A stretch of DNA of 64,000 nucleotides from Trichodelitschia bisporula (Eukaryota), in NCBI GenBank assembly GCA_010356995.1, contig ML996700.1, forward strand, positions 744,001 through 808,000, in the 5' to 3' direction. The position numbers were made by a program, and so were the translations under genes. Below, in pieces: positions 28,056-39,329 of this stretch. Position 1 is the stretch's first letter, and each line of letters opens with the position of its first letter. The notes beneath the pieces were generated by a model, which saw only the letters and a list, made by a program, of their open reading frames with translations, was not told where the DNA came from and did no database searches.

Positions 28056-29068
28056 ATGGACACTAAGGATGCCCTTGCGGGAGACCCCTCTCTGTGGTCT
28101 GAGGAAGAATACATTCTATCCCTTGCTCGAATAGAGATGCTTCAAGATAAGGTACTTACACTCTTCCTCGCCCTTCACTCACTTACATGTCCAGTTGAAC
28201 AAGCTTCGCACAGCGCCAGGTGACTTCATCCACTCAACGACCAAAACGGCCGAAACACCGGAGGAACTGTACCAGGGCATCAGCACAACGTTCAACGCGT
28301 TTAAGGACGGTGTAGGCGATTTCCTGACCACGCAGAGCTCCCCTGAAATCAAGAAGATTTATGAGCACGCAGAGGCGTGCATCAAAGCCGATCCGGACCT
28401 GGACCCAGCTCGGTCTAAGACGGTCGATCAGTATGGCTGGGTTGATAAGGCCAAGGAGCGTGGCCTGCTGAACAATAAGGAGGAGGAGAAAGACGAAGGG
28501 GGCCCGCTGCTTAGTAATGAGGAGATGTCACAAGCAATGGCGAATTTGGTCCAGAAGTACCCTTGGGTGAAGGCCAGCTGGATGGTTGAACAGCGGATGG
28601 CGGAGGTACCTTTTACCTTTTACCTTCCACCACGGAGGTGAAGCTAACTGGATAGATTTCATTCCACGCCGTCACCATACGGCTCCGGTTCAAGGTGACC
28701 GTTGAGAACCGTAACTCTAAAGCATGGTATACTGTCTCTGTATCCAGCGTGCCGCCGAAGCACGGTACGGATGCGTTTCTTGCTGGCATCAATAGCAGTT
28801 TTTCCCAGCGACCGAGCCCCGTCAACGATCTGCCTACTCTTCTTGTAAGTGCTCCCGTTCCAAATCGGCTTGTCTCACGGCGACGTCGCAGGAAATGATC
28901 ATTTCGTATCAGACTGTCAGGAGCGCCAAATGCACTATTTGCAATAAGGTCTTGGATGATAAACTGAACTGGCCCGATCTGCGCTGCCTGGGACCCGTCT
29001 CCTCCCCTGCTGCTGAACGAGTCTATCTCCCATACCATAAATCCTGCTTCGCCGGCGCCCAGGCATGA
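28056..29068 (+). CDS. MED27: Mediator subunit 27-like protein, 3 introns
   Basis: N-terminal helix (SLARIEMLQDK|LNKLR), C-terminal DLPTLL|EMIISYQTVRSAKCTICNKVL...YHKSC CxxC..HxxC zinc motif typical of Med27; introns at ~28152-28194, ~28606-28653 and ~28845-28891. Confidence 0.7.
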
Positions 29069-29157
29069 ACACCTCAATACGTCTTCCCCAACGCTCGTTG
29101 ATACCCACTCTCTGCGCACCATCGTCTTCCCACGTCTTTTCCGTTACCCGACTCTCC

Positions 29158-29676
29158 TTACGCGAACGGCGGCCTCCTCATGAACGGCATATTATGCCCT
29201 GGCAAAAAGTGCCCCGGGAAAGGCGCCATATTCCTCAGCTGAAACCAATCCCCTTCCTCACAGCGAAACGCAAGCGGGTGCATATATCGATCCGCATCTT
29301 TCAGCGGCCACTTCGCATCCGACCACGTCCACCGCTGCGGCGCGCGGTACCTCCTCGTCAGGAAATCGTACTGTTCATTTGGATCCCTTTTCGCCCACGG
29401 CATCGGATCATTCGTGTTATCGAACAAAAACGGGTCCATCAGTGCGCGGTTCGTCCATCGTCCACGTGTTGGCCGATCACCGTGCGTTGAGATGAAGATG
29501 TCAGGTCCGCGGCCTTGGAGCAGGTCTTTCGCGCGGCCTAGGCGGGAGGTGCGCTTGCCATCGCGCGGCCAGACGAAGCGTGGGCGGGGCTTTTGGCGTA
29601 CTGAGTCCCAGGGAGCGTCATTTTCGTACTTGTGGGGCAGGGTGCCGTCGGGGAGGAAGACGGGGACGTATTCCAT
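29158..29676 (-). CDS. Hypothetical protein, 172 aa, W/R/P-rich
   Basis: Uninterrupted ATG ORF with coding-like composition; no recognised domain. Confidence 0.6.
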   Translation of the reverse strand: MEYVPVFLPDGTLPHKYENDAPWDSVRQKPRPRFVWPRDGKRTSRLGRAKDLLQGRGPDIFISTHGDRPTRGRWTNRALMDPFLFDNTNDPMPWAKRDPNEQYDFLTRRYRAPQRWTWSDAKWPLKDADRYMHPLAFRCEEGDWFQLRNMAPFPGHFLPGHNMPFMRRPPFA

Positions 29677-30074
29677 CGTTTGGATTGTGTGCTCCGGTTG
29701 GCTGTGTGAATCTTAGATGGTGGGGGCTTAAATCAGACTTATAGCTTGGAAGCCTGGATGTTTGATCATTGACGGAACAAACGGGGGGCATCTGTGCTGG
29801 CAGGCGGGCGAGGTTTTGTCTCAGCAAACATGTTGGGTGAGAAAGGTTATTCGTAGTTTGGGTGGTGTACGATCGCTGTATTGGTTAGGTCCTGATGATA
29901 TGAACACCAGACGACAGCGTAATAATTGATCCAAAGTTTGACCTAGCAAGCGGTAAACGTGCGGTAGGGCAGTGAAGTTGAGCAACGCTTGTCAAGCTTG
30001 AGCGTGCGCTATCAATACATCTATTTTATGTACACCCGCAGCTCCAGCATCCGTCATCCTCGCAAACGGGGCGT

Positions 30075-30483
30075 CTACAACTTGCTAATGAACAGGCGGG
30101 CAGCCATGACGCGCACACGCTGCGGCAGCAGGTACTTGGAGAAGAGGTAGATGAGCGCCGGCAGGCAGATGAAGGCAACGGTCGCCTCGTTGACGAAGTA
30201 GAAGGGAACGAGCTGCGGCATACCGGCGGCGAGGACTGTCTGGGAGTATTATCAGCTTATGTTCGATGACGGCGCTCCTATATGGGCCGAGCCGGGAGAG
30301 ACAAACCAGCTTCGGGAAAGCCGCGGGCTTGGCATCCTCCTTCGCCACGCGGGCCGACGTCAATTGAGCAGACGCCGATTGCGCAACTGTCTTGGTGCTG
30401 AGGAAGGCGGCCGGGCGCGCAGTCAGCTGCGGCTGGCGGGCGAGGGCGCGCGCGAGCGGGCGGAAGAGACGGGCGGAGGACAT
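30075..30483 (-). CDS. ATP8: Nuclear-encoded mitochondrial ATP synthase subunit 8 with N-terminal presequence; exons 30307-30483 and 30075-30239
   Basis: Removing the 67-nt phase-0 intron GTTTGT..GCTGAT..CCCAG (30240-30306) gives 113 aa: a 65-aa Arg/Ala/Ser-rich leader plus MPQLVPFYFVNEATVAFICLPALIYLFSKYLLPQRVRVMAARLFISKL (48 aa), matching the termini and length of fungal Atp8. Confidence 0.93.
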
Positions 30484-30890
30484 GGCGGGTCTGGAGTAGG
30501 AGCAAGCGGTAGGTTAGCTTCGAGACGGGTTGCCAGGGTGTTTGATGGGGGTGGATTGGGGGCAAACTGACGAATTGCACTGTCGGCGACCAATGCGGAT
30601 GGCGGGATGCGGATGGTGATGGTGGTGGACGACGGTAATGGTGATGGAGGTGTGCGGTCGTTGTCGTCCGGAACGCAAATCGCTCCCGACGCCAAGGCTA
30701 GTCTGCATCCGATGTTTCCCCGAGAAGCGCGGATGGTCCGTGCGGGCTTTTGTTGCTGGTCCATTGGTTTCGTTTGCTTTTAGCTTTGGCGATGTTTGGT
30801 AGTTGACCTTGACTGCCTACAGGACTGTCCAGCACGCGCAACTTCGCCCTTACATCTCCACCACCCATAGCCAAATCCCATTCCACTGTC

Positions 30891-33800
30891 ATGTCGCTCT
30901 TCGGCAATCAAGGAACGAGCGGTCTGTTCGGCGCTCCTGCTGCATCCAGCGCGCCGCAAACGAACTCCTTGTTTGGTAACACAACCGCGCAACAGACCCA
31001 ACCAGCACAACAGCAGCAATCCCAACCGCAGCAATCACAAGGCAGTCTCTTCGGCGCTGCTCCCAAACCAACCCTCTCCCTCGGCGTGCCGAACCTGGCT
31101 TCTTCGACTGCTGCTACTCAGCAAGGCGGCCTCTTCGCCAACGCGACTGCGGGACCCGCGGCTCCTACGCTAGGCGGCTTTTCTCTGAATCAACAACAAC
31201 CGCAGGCGTCTGCTCCAGGGATGGCAGGTGCGCTAGGGATGGGAGGTGCTCCGGGGATGACAGGGCTTGGGGGCTCGCTGTTTGCGTCTACTGCGGCGCC
31301 GCCGCTGATGCAGCAGCAGCAGCAGCAGCAGCAGCAGCCCGATGCTCAAGCTCAGTCGACAACGACGCGTCCCACGCTGCAGTCGGCGTACTTTGACCAG
31401 ATCCTCGAGCGCGGACGTAAGCGCAATGCTGCCGCTGGTGCGTTGCCGGACGTGCCTGGGCTCCAACTCGGACTGGGTGACATTGCGCGCAAAGCTCGGA
31501 ACCTGGGAGCGGCTGACGCGCCGAAAGCGGGAGATACCAAGGCGTGAGTTTACGAGTCTGGTTCACGGACGCGGCTAACGGGTGCAGACACTACCTCCTC
31601 GCAGCATCGGGTGTTTCCACAGCTGCGGCGCTGCGCGATCTCAATGCCTTCAGTGCCCAGGCCGGCGCAGCTGCCGTTCCCGTTGCCTCGGGCGGCTTCT
31701 CCGACACCGACATTGAGAGCTTCGTGTCCAATATCCAGGCTCAATCGACGCTGGACATGATCCAGGAGGGACTCGAGCAGTCCAAGCGCGACTTTGACAC
31801 CTTCCTCGAGGACAACGTGCAGATGAACTGGGACGCGCAGCGGCGGCGCATCTACGAGCACTTCGGCCTGGCGAAACCGAGCGAGCAGGAGCAGGAGAGC
31901 GCCGGAGGTGCTGATCCTACTGATCGCGGCGCATTCGGGCGCTCTGCTCGCCGCAGCAAGATTGGGGGATCTACAATGGCGTTCGGCCAGAGCGGGCTGA
32001 ATAAGTCTATCCTGGGCAACTCTAGTGCGCGCGCTACTTTCCGGGCCAGCTCGTTTGAAGGTGCGGAAAAGACGCAGATGACGCTGCCGCCGGTGGAGGA
32101 TCGCTTCCAGCGCGACAAGCAGGAGCGGTATGCAGCGACGGTCAAGGATCTCAACGCGTGTCGCAACCGTGAACTGTGCTATCCGGTTATCCACAAGTTC
32201 GCCGAAGTCGAGGAGCAAGCGGGTCTGGATAATACGGCGTCGCTGATCAGCGCGTACCAGGCGTTGGCATCTATCACGGGCGAGCCGAACGAGATCGTGC
32301 AGTCGTTTGAAGCGAGGGCAGCCAAGGAGCGCAAGTTTGCGGCGGATTACCTGGACGAGAACTCCAATTCGAGGAAGTCCATTGAGCTGCGGAAGCGAAT
32401 TATCGATGGGTCACGGCGGTGCTTGGAGAAGATGTGTGTGCATTTTCCAATGGTGATAATGGAGCTGACTCTCTAGATTTCTCAAAAAGATTGAGGATAC
32501 CATAGCCAAAGACCCCAAGGTCGCCAACCTCGGTGGTATTCCTTCCCCAGTCAACAAGATCCGCGCCTACATCCGCGTCCTCTCCAGCCGCAAGGAACTC
32601 GCGGCATCAGACAATATCAATCTGCAGTCAATCACAGAGGGCAGCAACGAAGACTACTGCTGGGTGATTCTCTACTTCATGCTGCGGGCCGGCCTCGTCA
32701 AGGAAGCCGCGCAGTACGTCGCCGACAACATAAAGGCCATCCGCACCATCGACCGTAAATTTTGCCAGTACATAGAGCGGTATGCCGCCGACGAGGATCG
32801 CCGCTTGCCGCAGGACATGCGCCAGAGCATCAACAGTGAGTACAGCCAGAGGACCAAGATCGCGGCCGAAGACACGTTCGACCCGTACCGCATGGCCTGC
32901 TACAAGCTCGTCGGCCGCTGCGAGCTGTCACGCCGCGCGCTGGACAATATCCGCACCGACGAGGACGACTGGATGTGGCTGCAGTTCGCGCTTGCGCGGG
33001 AAGTCAACCGTGCCGAGGAGGCAGCTGGTGAGGTGTTTGGTCTCGAACAGATTCGGGAGATGGTTGCGGAGATCGGGCGTCGCCTCTTTGCCCCTGGGTC
33101 GGAGAATTCTCCTGGTGGTTTAGGCTTGCTCTTCTTCCTCCAGATCCTGTCCGGCATGTTCGAGCAAGCTGTTGCGACGCTCTATCCCACGAATCACGTG
33201 GCGGCTGTTCACTTCGCCATCGCGCTCGCGTACTATGGCTTGCTGCGCGTCGCGGATCTCAGCGCCACCGATCTACTCAGCTTTAACACCCGCCAGCAGC
33301 CGCGCATTCATTTCGCCCTGATGGTCGGTTACTACACTGGCGACTTCCGCGTCGCCCAGCCCGACGCTGCTGCCGACTACCTGATCCTGCTGTGTCTGAA
33401 CGCGGACCTGCCCGGTGAAGCCGGCGTCCAGCAAGCGAAGCTCTGCCACGAAGGCCTGCGCGAGCTCGTTCTCGAAACCCGCGAATTCGCCCAGCTCCTC
33501 GGCGACGTGCGCGCCGACGGCGCGCGCCTGCCCGGCGCCATCGAGACGCGCCTGAAGCTCATCCGTATTCCCGGCGCCGCCGCCACCGACACCCAGCAAT
33601 TCGTGCACACGCTCACCGTGCAAGCCGCCGCCGCCGCAGACGATAACGGGCGCACCACCGACGCTGTGCTCCTCTACCATCTCGCCAACGAATACGACCG
33701 CGTCATCAGCATCATAAACCGTACGCTGTCTGAGGCGCTGACGACCGAACTTGGGCATGAGCCTATGCACCTCGAGCCGCTGAAGCCCCGTGCTGCACTT

Positions 33801-34322
33801 GCGGCTAACAGCACGCTGTCGCTGACGGCCGTGTCGGACCCCGCGCAACTGGCACGTAACATGACGGATCTGTACCAGCGCGACGCGCTCGTGTACACGC
33901 AGATCCGGCCCGTGGCGCGGGATGCGTGCGTGCTGCTGCTGCGGCTGTGGGAGCTGCGCGGGATGGTCGAACGTCAACAATGGCAGGCGGCGCTGGAGAA
34001 CGTCGAGGCGCTGGGACTACTACCGCTCAACGCGCGCGGGAATGTCGGCGCCATCCGCGCGACGGCGGCGAACTTCGATGAGCTCCCCGAGCCTGTGGCA
34101 AGGGTTATTGGCGATGTGCTCATGTGGACTATTGTGGCGTGTGGGCAACAGAGGGAGGCGCTGAGGAGTGAGGGGTGGAATGATCGGGGGCGGAAGGAGG
34201 CGGCGATGGGGTTGGAGCAGGGTGCGAGGGATTTGATGATTTATGCGGGGCTTATAAGGTTTAAGTTGCCGCCGAGGGTGATGGAGGTTATTGCGAGGGT
34301 TGGGGGGGATGTTGGCGTTTAG
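30891..34322 (+). CDS. NIC96: Nucleoporin Nic96/Nup93 with LFG/Q-rich N-terminal region, 2 introns
   Basis: LQLGLGDI, KA|HYLLAASGV, SKRDFDTFLEDNVQMNW, W.ILYFMLRAG, DPYRMACYKLVGRC, EDDWMWLQF, LRELVLETREFAQLLGD; introns at ~31544-31587 and ~32434-32476. Confidence 0.92.
31311..31337 (+). repeat. (CAG)9 polyglutamine tract in NIC96
   Basis: Direct read; encodes Q9. Confidence 0.9.
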
Positions 34323-34884
34323 TTCTAGGGCGTCTCTGGGCGGGATAGTGAGGGTTGAAAAGGGTGTTGATATAGTGTTAATGTGAAGCGCCGTGGGTTA
34401 CCCGTTCAAAGTCGCCATATACCTTCCTTCCATCATGAGCACATTACCATGTTACTTCCTTCCTAACAATGCTCCTACCTCATATATCTCCTGCCTTATA
34501 ATTTACCTGTACCAAATCAGGCCAGGAAGAGGACGGACTTCGGAGGTAATGTTGTCCCGACAACACATTCAACTCAGGAGCGGTAGCATGTGCAGACCTG
34601 GAAATTTTATCCAACTTCTCACCTTGACTTTGACCGCCTGGCACTCCTCTGCTTTATCTACCAGAGTTACTGTAGGCCTTCTCCACAACAACAACAACAT
34701 GTACAATATCACTTGTTGCTTCACCAATGAGGTTAGGCTTGCACAACCGATTCCAAGCCACCGATATTCTGATTCGTCCAGTTGAGACTCAGCCTCACAG
34801 AGCCGCTTCTCCCCTGACAACGTCGCGACATCAAACCTCGCGAGTTACTATAAAAACCAATGCGACGAAGAGATATTCACGGCC

Positions 34885-37800
34885 ATGGAGGAAACATACG
34901 TGTGGGCTGGGTTCATCCTAGGCCTGATCCTGATATGGCCCTTTCTCTTCATTCGGCTCCTCAGCTACTCCTACATCATGTACGCTCTCCTCATCTCCCT
35001 CATCAGCCTCAGAATCGACCAGCTCGCCATCCCAAAAGGCGTCTTCTGGACATGCTTCACGCTCCTCCTCCCCAGCGCCTTCGTCAACAACTCACTGGGC
35101 ACTCCGCTCATGTCCATGATCATCTTCTTCTACTTCTGGACCAACCACGCCTACTGGGCGCCCACCGCCTTTGTCATCGACTTCGGAATATTCCTCGCCT
35201 TCCTCCCCCCCACCGTCACATGGTCCCAAATCCTCGCCTGGCTCGTTGCGCTGGCCACCCTCGGCCACAACACCATCGTCTGGGACATGCCTTGGCCCTG
35301 GGTCGCCGCGTGGGCCGCCCTCGCCGTGGCCCTTAAACTCTCGTTCCCCCCTGACCTCCACATGAGCTGGTACGTCCTCTCCGCCTCGCTCATCCTCGCC
35401 CTCGCAGCCGCTACCCGTCCCGACCAGTCCCTGGAGCGTTTCCTGGCCTGGACAGCCGCCATCGCCCTGACCCGGCCCCTTCTGTCCGTAGCCTACAAGC
35501 CCCTCGCGCCATACCTCCGTGACCCAGTCAAACTCATCACCGCCATCCCCGCGTTCTGGGAATCCAAATGGCGTCTAAGAAAGCCGCTTTGGTACCCTGT
35601 TTCCGCGCGCGCAGCTGTATCAGGGATGCAGCCCACGTCCCGCCTGTGTGCAAAGTGCGGGCGCTTCACGGCCCGCTCGGATCTGATCATGGGCTCGCGG
35701 AAGTACCTCGTGCGCCTGGTGGAATGGCATTCGTACCATCCCACGACAGCAGATCTATGGCGTTCGGCACGGGAGGTGAGTCCTTGCCATTTGTGCCATT
35801 TGTTTTGGTATTCAATTGGCGAGGGCCGGCGACGGGAAATTGTGTTGGGAGCAGTGTGGCCCCGGGCGGGGAGGGTGAAAGAGAAATTAAGAGTGAGAGT
35901 TGTTGAACGGCGCCCGCTGTCGAGTTATACGTATGTGCAGCTTTTCTTGGGGGAACGGCCGGTTGGGGTGCGATTATTGGTGCACCGCGAGGTGAGGCTT
36001 GATAAGCGTGAGTGGGGACTGCACTGGCGATGGGAGAGACGCTGATCCATGCAGTGTCGCTCGCGAGCCAGTTTCCAAGAACCGACTCGGATGAACATTT
36101 CAAGCAGATCAAGGAGTGGCTCGAGATGTGCTCCACTTGCCATCCGCAGTGCAGCGGCGTCGGCAGCGCCCCTCATGCACTCCCCACGCGACTGGTATAT
36201 ATCGAGCCCGAGCAACCGGCGTCCCAAAGCGACCCTCCCTCACTCAATGTCAACCTCGTTGAAACAGCCCAGCTCGCGGACCACGACGTCAAGTATCTCG
36301 CCCTGAGTCACTGCTGGGGAAGCACCGTGCCCTTGCGCCTAGTTACAGACACCTACGCCCCCTTCCTCAGCAGCATCCCTTTCCACTCTCTCGCTAAAAA
36401 CATGCAACACGCCCTCCTCGCAACCCACCGCCTCGGCTTCTCGTACATCTGGATCGATAGCCTGTGCATCATCCAAGATTCTGCCACAGACTGGGTTGCA
36501 GAAGGCGCGCGCATGGCCACCGTCTACTCCGGCGCAACCCTGACACTCGCCTCCACGTCCTCCGCCTCCAGCGCCGGCGGTCTCTTCCACACCCGCTCAC
36601 CACTAAGTCTTCGCCCCTGCATCATCGGCTACTCCTCTCTCACCGCCCTCCTCCCCTCAACCATTATCGCGCGCCCAGACGACATCACCGCCTTCACCCA
36701 CTCCATCGACCAAAGCATCCTCAACACCCGCGCCTGGGTCCTCCAAGAACGCCTCCTATCGCGCCGCATCGCACACTTCGCTACCAACATGCTAGCCTGG
36801 GAGTGCGCCTCGCGCTCCGCCTCCGAGCTCAGCACCCGCGGCTACGTGTTCAAGCGCTACCCGGAAGACTTCACCGACTTCTATGCCCCGAACGCAGCGC
36901 GCATCCGCAACACGACCGAACTTGCGGCCGCGCTCAAGCTCGTCCGCGCTACGTCCTGGCTCGCGCACGAAGCCATCCGCCGCCGGCCCCCGCACCTGCC
37001 GGACGCGGATCCCGACGCTCCGGTCGCGAAAGCTAGTGCTTGGACCGAACGCCGCGCGTTCTGGGCTCAGGCGCGCAAAGCCGAGGACGGGAGCTGGGCA
37101 TCGGATTCGTCTGATCATGTACGGGCGGGGTTTAGAGCGGCGTTTGCAGGGTTGCTGAAGGGGACGTATTTGCGTGAGGAAGGGGGGGCGGCGTTGATTG
37201 GGCCCGGCAGGTTCAGTTATGCCTGGTTTGAGATTGTGGGTGCGTATTCGAGGGCGAGAGTCAGCTTTGCGCGGGACCGCTGGCTGGCGCTGGAGGGCGT
37301 GGTGGCGGAGGTGAGGCGCGCGACGGGATTTCGGTATGTGGCTGGCCTGTGGAAGCAGTTTGTGTTGGTGCAGATGCTGTGGTTTGCGAGTGAGGGGCCG
37401 GGGGAGAGGGTGGTAGATGAGATGCCTTTAGGGGCGGGTGGTGGTGTGGATGGGGAGAGGGTGAAGGTGCCTATGGCGCCGAGTTGGTCTTGGGCTTCTA
37501 CCTCTGCGCCTGTCGCGCTTAATCTTCTTCCGCAGACAGCGCTGCATAGCTTGACGCTTAGACGCGTGCTCACTACTGTGCATGAGGTGACGACGCATGC
37601 GGTCCCGGGGCATGGAACGGCGCTGGCGGGGGAGATTCTGATCTCCGGCCCGGTGTCGAAAGGATGGGTAAGCAGGACTGTGGATGGGGGACTGGAAGTG
37701 CGGGTTTGGGGCCTGGGATGGGGGCTTACAGTCGGAGGGAAGCACTTTCGCGGAGGGACGTGGTTGAGGGGATTGGTTGCAGCACGGTTCTTTCCTGATG

Positions 37801-38015
37801 CCGAGGGCGAGGCGGGTGAGGGGGATGAGGTGGCGTGTTTGGGGTGTCTTGTGCTTGGGGGTAGGGAGGAGGGAGTTGGAAGGGAGGAGATTCAGGGTGT
37901 GGTGCTTGCTAAGAGAGGGCGGGCTTGGGGAAGAATAGGCTTCTTTGTTGGGAATGGGAGAGATGTCGTTGGGGCGTTTGCGGAGGGGGAGGCGGACAGA
38001 ATTAGGATTGTTTAG
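34885..38015 (+). CDS. HET-domain (heterokaryon incompatibility) protein with multi-pass hydrophobic N-terminus, ~1027 aa, 1 intron (36008-36054)
   Basis: Splice C|GTGAGT..GCTGAT..GCAG|TG joins the two ORFs in frame; LPTRLV, YLALSHCWG, YIWIDSLCIIQDS..DW..E..RMATVYSGA, LNTRAWVLQERLLS, YVAGLW, APSWSWAS. Confidence 0.9.
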
Positions 38016-38249
38016 AGGTGAGACTGTTGATGGTGTAGTATCGCGGAGCGCGGAATTCATACCACAGCTACGGAGTCCGCAATCGGCGACTGGGAACAGG
38101 TCAGCTGTGTCATTTTACCGGAGTCTGTTATGTCCGAGGCCGAATCTGGCATGTGTGGACGGTTTACTGGAACGCTTCATCTTCAGGTCCCCAGATGCTT
38201 GCGTCCTATATACGTGTACAACCTGAATAAAGGGTCTACACGTGCTAAT

Positions 38250-38995
38250 ACTAGCTTACCGCTCGGTACCATAGCCTCCGACCGCGCTACAACGTAAGCG
38301 GCACGACTCCCCTGTTGTTCCTCAAGAGACTTTACTCTGCTATGCTTCCTGCTCATGATTCTGGTCCACGGCTTCGTCCCGTACGCGGTCCGTTGGAAAA
38401 AGAGTAAATGATGTGACGTGTGCTGGTTCAACTTACCACACTGCGTCCTTTTCATGGTTCCGGTCTGCAACAACTCCCCAACTTCGACTTATGTCAGGGA
38501 ACGAGTAGAGGGCGTGACGTGCTACGATCTCACCACTCGGTGCTATGGCCTCCTAGAGCGTTGAGCATCATAAATCCGTGACTATTTTGCTGGTCGGCTT
38601 TAGCTCGGTCCGGCAAGGCTGGACAACCAACTTACCACACGGCTTCCTCATACATCTGGTCTTACGGCTCCTTCGCGTCGCCGACCTGCTGAGAAAAGAG
38701 TGTAAGGACATGACGTATGCTGGATCAATTTACCACATTGTATCCTCCTCGTACATCTGGTCCACAGCTCATTCCCGTCCGCGTTCTGCTGGGGAACGAG
38801 TAAACGATGTGACGTGTTGCGATCTTACCGCCTGATACTATGACTCCCGACCATACTGCGCGTCAGGACTCCCTTGACTGTTAGTTGGTACGCTTTCCTC
38901 GGTTGGACCGGCTGGATTCGACTTACCACGCGGCGTCCTTCTCGTACATATGTACCAGGTCCTTGTCCTTCCCGGTTCCCGATCCGAATGAGACC
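38250..38995 (-). repeat. Degenerate tandem array, ~98-bp monomers arranged in ~295-bp trimers, each monomer with a 5' splice-site-like motif
   Basis: Recurrent motifs gctgg..acttaccac, tacatctggtc, gaacgagta..gtgacgtg..cgatct(t/c)acc; minus-strand donors at 38926, 38828, 38733, 38635, 38533, 38436, 38335 and 38259. Confidence 0.75.
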
Positions 38996-39329
38996 TGCAC
39001 TTGCCATACGTCTGAACCGCGGCCTTTTGCCATCCGTATTCGCCCCAAATGTTGAGCTGCTGAGTGGTTACGTGCTTGAAATAAGCTTTGAAGGACACGA
39101 CGCCTTTACCTCCAGTCACGTACTTAAGCACTCTCGTCCCTGGCTAAAATCTCCCGTCTTGTCCAACACACTCCCCTCTCATCCAGCAAACTCCACGCCC
39201 ATTTCACAGACATTGACAAAACGACAACCCTTTCACCTTTCCCTTACACAGATAATACTAGAGCGTAAGCTTTTTGGCTTTCCCTCACGCAGATACTTAC
39301 AAGTGGCAAGCTTTTCTTTGCCGAGCAAC

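Noticed and set aside
30085..30483. 132-aa ORF-track protein MSSARLFR...CPPVH
   Set aside because: Reads through the 30240-30306 intron into the wrong frame; the spliced product is presequence plus Atp8.
31550..33980. Long antisense ORFs over NIC96 (similar ones over AFG2, SRPK, PHO89, uricase)
   Set aside because: Shadow ORFs caused by GC-rich codon bias of the sense gene.
38250..38995. CRISPR-like interpretation of the periodic array
   Set aside because: Eukaryotic context, no cas genes, repeats are degenerate and the intervening parts are related to each other rather than unique spacers.
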